Assembly: GCA_965248755.1 (NCBI GenBank)
Contig: OZ252149.1
Span: forward strand, 2,848,001 to 2,912,000
DNA length: 64,000 bases
Direction of reading: 5' to 3'
From: Candidatus Latescibacterota bacterium
GTDB taxonomy: Bacteria; Latescibacterota; CBDEFO01
A model generated the notes under the pieces. The model did not search any database. It saw nothing but the letters and a program-made list of their open reading frames with translations, and was not told the DNA's origin. Below, piece after piece: positions 40,108-50,086 of this stretch (within the stretch, counting starts at the first letter, position 1; every line of letters starts with the position of its first letter). The position numbers and the translations under genes are program-made.

Positions 40108-41097
40108 ATGGAAAAGATTCTCGCAGACGATATAGAGAGTAAGGTCATGGACGGGGTCGGTGTGGACTACGACGAAGCGCTTTTGCTAATGAATCTGGGA
40201 GGAGATGATGCATTTTGGCTCCTGGAGCTTGCGGACAGAGTGAGGGACAGGCATAAAGGAAACGAGGTGTCGTTTTGTTCAATAGTAAATGCCAAATCAG
40301 GTAACTGTTCGGAGGACTGCGGCTTCTGCTCTCAATCTGCCTATTCTGATACTGGGATAGAGGAGTATCCCATGATGGATACAGAGCAGATCGTGAAGGC
40401 CGCAAGGGACTCTCACAATATGAAGGCCACAAGGTTCGGGATAGTGATAGGCAGGAAGGGGATAAAATACAGCCCCAGGTCGGAGAGAGAAAAGATATTT
40501 GAGGCTATAAGGGCTCTGAAAGAGGACGGGAGTGTGATCCCCGACGCATCTTTGGGGATACTGAGCTGGGAGACAGCGTTGGAGCTGAAGGAGGCGGGGT
40601 TAGAGGGCTACCACCATAATTTAGAGACATCCCGAAGGTTCTTTCCGAATATATGCACCACTCACAGCTACGACGAGCGAGTTGAAACGATAAGAATAGC
40701 AAAGGCTGCAGGGTTTTATGCGTGCAGTGGGGGGATATTCGGGATGGGGGAGTCTGTAGAGGATAGAGTGGACATGGCGTTTACGTTGAGGGAATTGGAC
40801 GTGGACTCTATCCCGGTGAATTTCCTGGTGGCAATCCCGGGGACGAAATTAGAAAATCAGGAGCCTTTAGATCAACTCGAGATTTTAAAGATTATCGCTG
40901 TGTATCGTCTGATCTTTCCGACCAAAGATATAAGGATGTGCGGGGGCAGAGAGAAGAATTTAGGTGATATGCAGTCGCGGATATTTGAGGCAGGAGCGAA
41001 TGCTACTCTGATAGGAAATTACCTGACCACGTTCGGCAGGGAACCACTTCTGGATATAAAGATGGTCGAGGATTTAGGGTTCGAGCTTACGAAGTGA
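40108..41097 (+). CDS. bioB: Biotin synthase
   Basis: NAKSGNCSEDCGFCSQS, YHHNLETS, CSGGIFGMGE, GGRE, GNYLTT. Confidence 0.95.
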   Translation: MEKILADDIESKVMDGVGVDYDEALLLMNLGGDDAFWLLELADRVRDRHKGNEVSFCSIVNAKSGNCSEDCGFCSQSAYSDTGIEEYPMMDTEQIVKAARDSHNMKATRFGIVIGRKGIKYSPRSEREKIFEAIRALKEDGSVIPDASLGILSWETALELKEAGLEGYHHNLETSRRFFPNICTTHSYDERVETIRIAKAAGFYACSGGIFGMGESVEDRVDMAFTLRELDVDSIPVNFLVAIPGTKLENQEPLDQLEILKIIAVYRLIFPTKDIRMCGGREKNLGDMQSRIFEAGANATLIGNYLTTFGREPLLDIKMVEDLGFELTK

Positions 41098-41109
41098 GTG
41101 TGATTTCTA

Positions 41110-41781
41110 CTATTTTTCCTTTTCGCGGTACCCTATCCTGTGGAAGGGATTTACGATGCCTGAGGCTATGTTCATCAGATGAGCGCCGATCCTTTTTAGA
41201 AATCTGAGATAGAGGGCTAAAGTTACGGCGTCTTTTAAGTGGAAAGGATGGTCCTCCTCCTCGATAAGATCAAACACGATTTCATCGCACCTTTTTGTGA
41301 CTCTCCACAACTTATCCAGCGTCTTACGAGCAACCTCTATGTCCGACTCCTTCAATGCGGACACCAAGAACTTAAACTCCGACAAGATTACGCTTTCCAT
41401 CCCTTTCAACTCCTCCTCGAACCGCTCGGCGTCGAGCCTTTCGGGATGATGCATTGCAAGTTCGAGTATATTCTTGCTGTAGTCCCCTATTCTCTCGATG
41501 TCGCTTACAACGCTCGACAGCATCAAACCTGCGGAAATGTCCATCGGACCCGATACGGCAAGGTGCGTCAGGACCTTCTTTCTGACTTCTCTTTCGTAAT
41601 CATTTATTTCTTTGTCTTTCTGCCGGAAGTCTATGTCTACCTCCGCCGTATCTCTTTCCCTCAGCGATTTGACGGCCTCTGCAAATATCTTCTCGTCCTC
41701 CTCCAACATAGTCTGAGAATCTTTCATAGCCTGGGCAAAGAGGTTGTCCCTTTTGAATATCTCCTGAAGTTCCTTTAACAT
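41110..41781 (-). CDS. PhoU-domain protein
   Basis: DKEINDYEREVR, DIERIGDY, LKRIGAHLMNIA. Confidence 0.85.
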   Translation of the reverse strand: MLKELQEIFKRDNLFAQAMKDSQTMLEEDEKIFAEAVKSLRERDTAEVDIDFRQKDKEINDYEREVRKKVLTHLAVSGPMDISAGLMLSSVVSDIERIGDYSKNILELAMHHPERLDAERFEEELKGMESVILSEFKFLVSALKESDIEVARKTLDKLWRVTKRCDEIVFDLIEEEDHPFHLKDAVTLALYLRFLKRIGAHLMNIASGIVNPFHRIGYREKEK

Positions 41782-41871
41782 GATCTATCACCCCCAAATT
41801 AGTAGACAGTAGACAGTAGACAGGGCACCGCCTCCCATCCCTGTATGCTGTCTACTTGTTTCCCCTACCTA

Positions 41872-43017
41872 CTACCTCACAAAATAGATTAGAGTTATGG
41901 GTATAGCAAAAAATACCAGCAGAATGTACGCAAGGGGTATGGCCTTGCTCTTTAAAGAGAAGTTTGCCAAGGCTCTGGATAAAGATATAGGTACCTTTCT
42001 AATCGGCCAGATTATAACTATCCCGAACACGTTAAATATCAGATGGGCGAAAGCCACAGTTACAGCCGCTATGTTTCCGGTCGCGAGCGAAGCTAAAATA
42101 GCGGTCACGGTGGTGCCTATGTTGGCTCCCAATGTGAAGGGAAATATCTGTTCTAAGGTCAAGATTCCCGCTCCTGCCAGTGGCACAACGATAGCCGTGG
42201 TTATGGAACTGCTCTGAACCATAACAGTTAATATCATCCCGAAGAGCATCGCCCTTAAAACGGTCCTGAAGATGTACCTGTCGAAGAAGACCTCAATTCT
42301 CGATAAGACTAGGGATTTTAAGGTAATTACAATATATCTTAAGGCCATAAAGAGCAGTGCCAGAGACGCTATAATCATCAGAAGCTCTGCCAGATCGATC
42401 TTAAATAATGTGATCTTCCCGGCAGCATCAATCATCACCTTTTCGATAAAGCCAACAGCCGGCTGAACTATCAGCTTAATGGGACTGGTGAATTTCAATC
42501 CCCCCGCCTTGTCGAAGACGCCCGCAAGCCATCCTGACGCCCATCCGAGTATATTAGTCCAAAGATGTAAGGGAAAGAGAATAACCACAGCTGAAAGATT
42601 GAAAAAGTCGTGAACTGTGGAACTTGCGAACGCTCGCTTGAACTCATCGCTCCTTGAAATGTGCGCTATCGAGACTATGGTGTTGGTCACACTCGTCCCT
42701 ATGTTCGCCCCCATAACGATCGGGATAGCGTTTTGGATTGAGATCACGTCTCCTCCCACCATTCCCACCAATATAGAAGTCGTTGTGGAAGAACTTTGAA
42801 TCAGACTCGTAGCTAATATCCCTATCAACAGTCCCACAAACGGATTGGAGGTCGTCGCCAGCATCTCCTTTGCCGCGCCCTTTCCCAGCGACTTGAACGC
42901 CGTGCCCATCAAAGAGATGCTGACCAGGAAGATATATAAAAGCAGTAACAGCAATATAATCCTGCCGATTGTCTGACCTCTTTTAGGAGAATCCTCACTA
43001 ATTGCTACTTGAGCCAT
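41872..43017 (-). CDS. nptA: Na+/phosphate symporter (NptA/SLC34 type)
   Basis: Two QSSS repeats, two GANIGT motifs, HDFFN. Confidence 0.9.
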   Translation of the reverse strand: MAQVAISEDSPKRGQTIGRIILLLLLLYIFLVSISLMGTAFKSLGKGAAKEMLATTSNPFVGLLIGILATSLIQSSSTTTSILVGMVGGDVISIQNAIPIVMGANIGTSVTNTIVSIAHISRSDEFKRAFASSTVHDFFNLSAVVILFPLHLWTNILGWASGWLAGVFDKAGGLKFTSPIKLIVQPAVGFIEKVMIDAAGKITLFKIDLAELLMIIASLALLFMALRYIVITLKSLVLSRIEVFFDRYIFRTVLRAMLFGMILTVMVQSSSITTAIVVPLAGAGILTLEQIFPFTLGANIGTTVTAILASLATGNIAAVTVAFAHLIFNVFGIVIIWPIRKVPISLSRALANFSLKSKAIPLAYILLVFFAIPITLIYFVR

Positions 43018-43377
43018 GTCCCTCCCTCAAAAAAGTAGACAGTAGACAGCATACAGTAGACAGTGGAGCGGGCACCATGCATATACTGTCTGGAATCAGA
43101 TCTCTTTCCATCGACAACGCCATAGAAGATGGTCAAAGATTATCCTGATGTCAAGTATTTGTTTGCAGATGATAGATAAAGGCAATATTGTGGAGCTAAA
43201 TCCTTGACAATGTGAGTGTGCTATCTAAAGAAGAACGATCTTCAAGGAGTCTAAAAGCGTCTAATATAAGAACTCAAGAATCAGTGTCCGCTTGACAATC
43301 CCTTCCATTATATGTATTTTTTGAAAGTCCTTACAACCCAACAAGTTCCTATTCCCACAGGAATATTAGTTTTCCCC

Positions 43378-46300
43378 ATGACCAGACAAACAATCTTAAG
43401 CTTTCTGTTTGCAACCAACAGAGGTAAGAGACGGTGCCCCGTCTTGTGTCCACTGGTTCTGTCCTTATTCCTCGCTGTTTTGACCTCCTTTGTTGAAAGA
43501 GCCGAAGCTCGGGATAGCGCATATTCTCAAATGGAAGCGGAGGTGGAGTTAAAGGGAGACGGAACAAAAGGCCCCTATGCACTGGGCGATTATATAGTCA
43601 TAAAGGGCAGCCAGAGCGTGTGGGTGGACTCGCTTCTGAAGCGTCCCATAGAATATGACATAGACTACCTTGGGGGGTCGCTAACGTTCAAAGAGGTAAT
43701 ATCCTCTACCTCCGAAATTAAAGTCAAGTTTTTGAAACTCCCATCAGGTGTAAAAAGGGTCTATCGACACCGGAAAGCTGTACCATTTAAGGAGAAAGAA
43801 TGGACCCCCGAAAAGAATTACGGAGAGCTACAGAGCAATGAGTACAGCTCCCCTGCGCTTGATGAACGTTCAGATGATGACTTCTCCGATTTAGAGGTAG
43901 GGGGAAGCAAGACCTTCGGGATCAGCGTAGGCTCGAACAGAGATCTGTCCCTGGAACAGGCTCTCCGAGTCAACATATCGGGGAAGATAGGAGACGATCT
44001 TGAAGTTGTGGCCATCCTTTCGGACCAGAGCACGCCCATGCATCCTGACGGAAGCACAAGGGCTCTTAAGGAACTCGACAAGGTGCTCATAGAGGTAAGG
44101 TCGAAAGTCCTGTCGGCTACGTTAGGAGACATTGATCTGTCGTCGAACCATACGGAGTTTGGAAACTATAGTCGGAAGCTCCAGGGGATAAAAGGACAGA
44201 TATCTCTTGCAGAGGGGGAGGCAACGATATTTTCGGCAACGTCCGCAGGCAACTTTCTCACAAAAGAGATACATCCTATAGACGGCAGCCAGGGGCCTTA
44301 TCGGCTTACAACAGAAGACGGAAAAGATGATATAGTAGTGCACCCCGGAACTGAGAAAGTATGGCTCGACGGACGGCTCTTAACAAGAGGAGGGGATTAC
44401 GATTACACAATTGACTACAACAGAGCTGAAATCACATTCACGCACAGAAGGCCGATCACAGCTGACTCCAGGCTCGTGGTAGATTACGAATATGCGGATG
44501 GAACATTCCAGAGGAACTCTGTGGGGGGATGGGGCAAGAAGGAATTTGTGGACGGGAAGCTCAAAATAGGGGCCTCATTCATCCGTGAGGCCGACTCCCC
44601 CGTTGACCGCCGATTGAACCTACCGGGGGGTGACCGAAGATATGGTCTGCCTGATGGCTCTGAGGCCTTGGGCCAACCCCCGATTGAGCCTATCGGGGGC
44701 AAGCCTGCCGGCTCGCTCGACGGAGCGTTTTCCTTCGTCGGTTCCCAAAGAGGAGACTACAGATATACAGGAAGCGATTACGAATACGTAGGACCAGGAA
44801 GGGGAAGCTATTCCCTTTCCTCACCAGAGAGTTCTTCGACACTTTCTGGGGGGGCAGATATGCTTCCTACAGCGGTCATCCACCAGCTTTCAGCCCTCAA
44901 TCTCCTTTTTTCGCCCGACAGCAGATTCAACATCTCAGGTGAAATCGCCCTCTCCAATGTTGAACAGAACATCTTCTCTAATAAGGACGGCGGAACGCCC
45001 GCTGCAAATGGAGACAATTTCGGAAGAGCCTACAGATTCCATCTATCCACATCTCCTTATGAAATAAGGGCCTTCGGGAGTTCCGCAGGCTCTGTACAAT
45101 TCTCAGCCCTTCACAGGGCGCTCGGCGACAACTTCTCTCCCGCAGGTAGGATAAGGGAGGCGGAGGAGAACAGGAGATGGGGCTTGAGCCTGTCACAGGC
45201 TGTAGAAGGGGAGACGCTGCAGGAGTTCAAAGCCGCGCATCTTCTTACCTCGCGCTCACGTTTGAGCATAGGATACGGACGCATACGAAGGGAGAGCGGA
45301 TTCAGTGGACAGAGGCGTGAATTGTCCTTGACTATATCAGAAAATAACCTTCCTGAACTTGGGTACTTCCTTGAAGTTATAGACAGAAGCGGGGATAATG
45401 CTTTTGTCCCTGGAAAGATCACAAGACAGTCTGCAGAGGCACGGGCTCAGATCTGGAGACTGAGGCCCGAGCTTTCCTTTGAAAACGAAAGATCCCGAAT
45501 GAACGTCAGGGAGTTTGAAGAAGGCTATCCAGGCTCGAAATCTGGATACGATCGGATCGAAGGTGAACTCTCCTCCATCGGCTGGGGACAGCTTGACTGG
45601 TCGTCCTCCTTTGGTATTAGGAAGACACATGGTATTAGGACGAGACATAATTCTGTTCCTTTGTCGTTCGACGCCGACAGTTCAAAAGCCTATACAGGAT
45701 TGCACCGTATCAAGCTGAACAACTGGCGATCGCTCAACCTTTCCGCCGAGTACTCCCACAGAAAGAGAGTTGAGTTGGGTCCATCAGGGGATGAGACTAA
45801 GAGTGACCTTGCCCGCATTAAGGCCAACTTTTCTCCAGCCAGGCGTTCTTTTTTTGGGGACCTGGACTACGAAGTTTCCAGCACACAGACAGCCACAAAG
45901 ACGAGAAACTTCATCTATGTGGGACGAGGAAGAGGCTCTTACGTCTGGGAGGACAGGGACCACGACAGAATCCAGGACGAAGAGGAGTTCATACCGGACG
46001 CTGAGGGCGATTACGGGCTCTACATAGAAAGGACGGGCGACTTCCAGCCTGTAAGGGAGATATCTGCAAACCTGGCGTTCAGATTCGACCCCAAAAGGCT
46101 GCTGAAGGACACAAGCTCGTCTCTCCTTGAAAGGATCGTCCGGGCAATATCCATAGAAACATTTGCAAGGGGCAAGCGTAAGACCCTGAGAGAATCAAAA
46201 GCAGGCTACTTCGATCTATACAGATTCCACCTGGGCGACTCCGTGATAAAGGGCGGAAGATCCCTCAGAGGTGACATCTATCTTTTTCGCTACGCACGTC

Positions 46301-46893
46301 CCCTGTCAGCGAGGATTAGATATGATTCCAGGGACGATCTGGACAGGGAATTTTCGATCGGAGAGGTGAAGAGATCAACCGTTTTGAAGTCTTTCAGAAT
46401 CAGGTCCAAGTTTGCCAGACGATCCGACGCAGAAATAGAATATACCGACAGAGCGGACAAAAGAGCTGGAAAGTCAGGATTTAGCTTCGACATATTATCA
46501 CGCAAAATCGAACTCAAGGGTACTTACAGACCGAAAGACCACATACAGACTATCTTGAACGTCACAGCAGGAAAAGACCAGAACAGAGTATCTGGAACTC
46601 CCGTCGCTGCAAACTATATAAGCATAAAGCCCGAACTGTCCAGATCGATTAAAACAAAGGGGAAAGCAAGAGCCCAACTTGGCTGGACTAAGGTCTCCTC
46701 CAATCCGCACGGTGCTTCCTTACCGTTACAGATGGCGGAGGGCAAAACACAGGGAAAGAATATAGACTGGAATTTAGGATTCGACTATAAGGTAGGGCGT
46801 TATCTTACGATGATAGTCTCTTACAGAGGGGAAAATATCCCCGCCAGAGATGTGAGGCATACTATGAGAGCCGAGATGCGAGCGTTCTTCTAA
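43378..46893 (+). CDS. Large exported/outer-membrane protein, conserved in FCB group (start uncertain)
   Basis: YDIDY, GSKTFGIS, GSQGPYRL, DYTIDY, GSYVWED motifs; beta-strand-rich C-terminus ending RAFF. Confidence 0.75.
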   Translation: MTRQTILSFLFATNRGKRRCPVLCPLVLSLFLAVLTSFVERAEARDSAYSQMEAEVELKGDGTKGPYALGDYIVIKGSQSVWVDSLLKRPIEYDIDYLGGSLTFKEVISSTSEIKVKFLKLPSGVKRVYRHRKAVPFKEKEWTPEKNYGELQSNEYSSPALDERSDDDFSDLEVGGSKTFGISVGSNRDLSLEQALRVNISGKIGDDLEVVAILSDQSTPMHPDGSTRALKELDKVLIEVRSKVLSATLGDIDLSSNHTEFGNYSRKLQGIKGQISLAEGEATIFSATSAGNFLTKEIHPIDGSQGPYRLTTEDGKDDIVVHPGTEKVWLDGRLLTRGGDYDYTIDYNRAEITFTHRRPITADSRLVVDYEYADGTFQRNSVGGWGKKEFVDGKLKIGASFIREADSPVDRRLNLPGGDRRYGLPDGSEALGQPPIEPIGGKPAGSLDGAFSFVGSQRGDYRYTGSDYEYVGPGRGSYSLSSPESSSTLSGGADMLPTAVIHQLSALNLLFSPDSRFNISGEIALSNVEQNIFSNKDGGTPAANGDNFGRAYRFHLSTSPYEIRAFGSSAGSVQFSALHRALGDNFSPAGRIREAEENRRWGLSLSQAVEGETLQEFKAAHLLTSRSRLSIGYGRIRRESGFSGQRRELSLTISENNLPELGYFLEVIDRSGDNAFVPGKITRQSAEARAQIWRLRPELSFENERSRMNVREFEEGYPGSKSGYDRIEGELSSIGWGQLDWSSSFGIRKTHGIRTRHNSVPLSFDADSSKAYTGLHRIKLNNWRSLNLSAEYSHRKRVELGPSGDETKSDLARIKANFSPARRSFFGDLDYEVSSTQTATKTRNFIYVGRGRGSYVWEDRDHDRIQDEEEFIPDAEGDYGLYIERTGDFQPVREISANLAFRFDPKRLLKDTSSSLLERIVRAISIETFARGKRKTLRESKAGYFDLYRFHLGDSVIKGGRSLRGDIYLFRYARPLSARIRYDSRDDLDREFSIGEVKRSTVLKSFRIRSKFARRSDAEIEYTDRADKRAGKSGFSFDILSRKIELKGTYRPKDHIQTILNVTAGKDQNRVSGTPVAANYISIKPELSRSIKTKGKARAQLGWTKVSSNPHGASLPLQMAEGKTQGKNIDWNLGFDYKVGRYLTMIVSYRGENIPARDVRHTMRAEMRAFF

Positions 46894-46965
46894 AGAAAGT
46901 GGACAGAACACCGTCTCTCATTAGCCACCGAGGCACAAAGATATTAAAATTAGTATTTTTGTGTC

Positions 46966-47010
46966 ACCCCCCTGTATCCCCCCTTAATAAGGGGGGAATT
47001 AAAGGGGAGT
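46966..47010. repeat. CCCCCCTT...AAGGGGGG palindromic repeat between convergent genes
   Basis: CACCCCCCTGTATCCCCCCTTAATAAGGGGGGAATTAAAGGGGAG. Confidence 0.55.
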
Positions 47011-47023
47011 CGCTAACCTTATC

Positions 47024-48388
47024 CTATCTACTGTTTACTATCACTGACGATCCATCCAGGTCATCAGGGTGGCAAGGCCACTTTTCAACAGGTAGTTCCA
47101 TCAGTTCAAGGACAGTGGGGAAAGAATCGCCTATCCATATTTCTCTGTCTCTTTGTATATCTTTGCCCCTTATGTACAAAAATGCGTCGTCATAAGTATG
47201 AGTTCCCGTAAAGACATCTTTTTGAAAGGGCGCATCCCTGTTGAAATCGCCTTTCAGATCGTAGCCTGCATTGGGTAAAGCTATCATGTCGGGGGCTCGA
47301 TCGTAGGCTCCGGTATCGTCTCTCGTGTATATCTCCTCTTTGTCTACTACCCTTCCTATGACGGGATCTCCTGTGTCAGGATCAGATAGTGCAAGTAACT
47401 CCCCTTTCAATCGGTCCTTGATAACATTGTAGTCTTGGGGATGCACAGAGCCTTTTGGTTCCCTCCCTTTAAGGTTAATGTAGATCCTGCCCGGAGCAAG
47501 GCTGTAAGCGCGCGACTCTGGGCGGATCGAATCGAGAGAGTCTCCCCCGAGTGCAAGCCATCCTCTCTCCTGAAGGATTCGATTTACGGCAACCTCTTTT
47601 TTGAGTGAGCAGAACCCGTGATCTGATAGGATCATCAGCGCTGTATCGTCGCCAAGCCTGCGGGTGAATTCTCCGAGTATTGCGTCTATTTTCCTGTAAA
47701 ATCTGATAAAGGCGGGAGCGTATACGGGATCGCCGCGCTCCCAATATTCCCACAGGAAATGGTGGAGCCTGTCGGTCTCCATGATGTGAACCATGAAAAA
47801 GTCCCATGTCTCTTTTTCCCAGAAGGCGCACATAGCCTCAATTTTCCTGTCGAGGACATAGTCCAGGTCTGAAAGGAGGAAGTCCGTGGACTCTTTGGCT
47901 CTTTTTATATCTATGTCTATGCGATAGCCCATCTTTTTGAGTTGATCTGATACATGCGCGGGATATGCGGCTCTGCCGATCTCGGTGCACAGGAATCCCG
48001 AAATGAGGACGCCGTTGATTTTTCTCGGAGGATACGTAATGGGCACGTTCATAGAGAAGACGCGTTTAGATAGATCGCTCAAGTGCTCCCAGAGCGTCCT
48101 GGACGTAAGGTCTAAAGAGGTGGGCACAAAGATTTCATAGGTACCCCGACGTCTGTCGGTAAAGCCGTATATATTGTGTCTGCCGGGGCTTACGCCCGTC
48201 AGAAAAGACGCCCAGGCTGTGGAAGACACGGAGGGAAGAGTGGAGAGCATAGGCTTGACAGAACCTTCTTTAAAGATCCGAGAGAGGTTCGGAAGGATCC
48301 CCTCTGATGTGAGGCGGCGTATGAGACTGTATGGGGTGCCGTCGAGGGCAATGACGACTATCCTTTTCCCCTTAGTCTTTATCAGCAT
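47024..48388 (-). CDS. Alkaline phosphatase superfamily (type I phosphodiesterase-like) protein
   Basis: VIALDG, STLPSVSSTAWASF, ETDRLHH, SDHGF, INLKGREP. Confidence 0.88.
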   Translation of the reverse strand: MLIKTKGKRIVVIALDGTPYSLIRRLTSEGILPNLSRIFKEGSVKPMLSTLPSVSSTAWASFLTGVSPGRHNIYGFTDRRRGTYEIFVPTSLDLTSRTLWEHLSDLSKRVFSMNVPITYPPRKINGVLISGFLCTEIGRAAYPAHVSDQLKKMGYRIDIDIKRAKESTDFLLSDLDYVLDRKIEAMCAFWEKETWDFFMVHIMETDRLHHFLWEYWERGDPVYAPAFIRFYRKIDAILGEFTRRLGDDTALMILSDHGFCSLKKEVAVNRILQERGWLALGGDSLDSIRPESRAYSLAPGRIYINLKGREPKGSVHPQDYNVIKDRLKGELLALSDPDTGDPVIGRVVDKEEIYTRDDTGAYDRAPDMIALPNAGYDLKGDFNRDAPFQKDVFTGTHTYDDAFLYIRGKDIQRDREIWIGDSFPTVLELMELPVEKWPCHPDDLDGSSVIVNSR

Positions 48389-48482
48389 GAAGTCTTCTCC
48401 GCAAGATATGGCCGCAACATATAGAAAGACGGGATATCTACTGTCCACTAACCTGGAGGGGCAGCGGCGCCCTGTCTCTTCT

Positions 48483-49871
48483 CTAACCAGACAGAATGTC
48501 TGCTCTACTGTCTGATTGCTTGATGTCGAAGAGATTCAGGACTGCAGGGGCTATATCCAGAAGGTGAAGACCCTCAAGTTTACGCCCCCTTCCGGGATTT
48601 TGAGGATCGTACAAAATGAATAAGCCATGCTGGGCGTGGTTGGCGTCGTCGGGGCCAAGGTCGGTCTCAAAGGTGCGGATGTCACCTATTCCGATGCCCC
48701 CTACTGATCTCCAGTATAGGTCACCGAAGTGGATTATGAGGTCTGAGGGGATGTTGCGGCACTCAGAGTATATCTCCTGCGGTTTATAGACTCTGGTGCC
48801 TATGTTGTTTCCATTTTCATCTGTGAGGGCTTCGAGCTTAGATACAAGTTCATCTCTGACCTCCTCATAGTCCCCCGGCGGAATGACCCCAGTTGGTTCT
48901 CTGCCCCTTACGTTCAGAAAGAGACGGCCGTAATATCCGCCTGAACCCCAGGCTTTTGTATTCTCCCAATCCACCTCTACTTTTTCAATCTGAGCGATGC
49001 CCTCGGGTTTACGCTTGATCTTGAGGTATCCCTCCTCTATCAGCCATTCGTTGATGCAGATGCCGCCGTCCATATGTTTGGCCCCGTGGTCGGATACCAC
49101 AAGGACTGCTGTATCGTCGTCCAAGAGCTCTAAAGTCTTTCCTATCTCTTTGTCTATGTAGATGTAGTAATCTCTGATGGAGTTTTTATAAGGAGAATCG
49201 GGAGAATGCTTGCGGTGCTCTTTGTCCCAGAACTTCCAGAAGCCGTGATGTATCCTATCTATCCCTATCTCCATGAATATAAAGAAGTCCCATTCCTTTT
49301 CGGTTAAGAGATGCCTTACGACCTTGAATCTCTTTTCGGTCATTTCGTATATCTGTCTTAAGAGATAATCCTTATCCTCCGTGCGGAACTTCCTGACGTC
49401 AACTATGTATTCGCCCACCAGCTTATCTATTTCCGCCTTCAGTGCAGGTGGATAGGTGTACTGTTTCGTTGTTGAAGGGGTCATGAAGCAGGTTACCAAA
49501 GAGCCGTTGATCGGACGAGGAGGGTAGGAGGGAGGGATACCGATTACGACGGACTTCTTATTATATCTGGCAAGTATGTCCCAGATGGTCTGTTCCTTGA
49601 CAGATCTGGAGTCTACGATGGCGAGGTCTTCGTAGCTGTAGTTAGCCCGGTTCCTGAACCCGTAGAAGCCGAGCCTCCCGGGATCTAACCCAGTCATCAT
49701 GCACATCCAGGCGGGGACGGTTATGGGCGGGATGATGCTCTCTAATTCTCCGTAGGAGCCTTCATCCATAAGTCTGCTCAAATGGGGAAGTTGGTCCTTC
49801 CATTCGTCAAAGACCAGCTCAGGAGCAGCGCAGTCGAGTCCGATAACAAATACTTTTGGCTGGTTTGGCAT
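48483..49871 (-). CDS. Alkaline phosphatase superfamily (type I phosphodiesterase-like) protein
   Basis: IGLDCA, PPITVPAW, DRIHH, SDHGA, GPDDANHA. Confidence 0.9.
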   Translation of the reverse strand: MPNQPKVFVIGLDCAAPELVFDEWKDQLPHLSRLMDEGSYGELESIIPPITVPAWMCMMTGLDPGRLGFYGFRNRANYSYEDLAIVDSRSVKEQTIWDILARYNKKSVVIGIPPSYPPRPINGSLVTCFMTPSTTKQYTYPPALKAEIDKLVGEYIVDVRKFRTEDKDYLLRQIYEMTEKRFKVVRHLLTEKEWDFFIFMEIGIDRIHHGFWKFWDKEHRKHSPDSPYKNSIRDYYIYIDKEIGKTLELLDDDTAVLVVSDHGAKHMDGGICINEWLIEEGYLKIKRKPEGIAQIEKVEVDWENTKAWGSGGYYGRLFLNVRGREPTGVIPPGDYEEVRDELVSKLEALTDENGNNIGTRVYKPQEIYSECRNIPSDLIIHFGDLYWRSVGGIGIGDIRTFETDLGPDDANHAQHGLFILYDPQNPGRGRKLEGLHLLDIAPAVLNLFDIKQSDSRADILSG

Positions 49872-50086
49872 TTTACCTTCCTGTGATATTCAATTCTGAG
49901 TAGCTACTAGTGCCTATTTATTCCACAATGGCAAATCTGTAGGGCAGACCCCAGTGTCTGCCCTGAAAATACAGCTAAATCGCGCACGTCAGACAGGAAC
50001 GTCTGACCCACCAGCAGAGCGTGTTGATAATGTGGTCGGTAGGACAGTCGCCGATAGATTCAATCGGGGATTTGTCTGTCCCCTGT

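Noticed and set aside
20731..41097. Other TGA stops (hisS, hisG, hisD, mutL, miaA, nadA, bioB) as Sec codons
   Set aside because: They fall at natural C-termini or are followed by repeats or the next gene, with no continuing homologous frame
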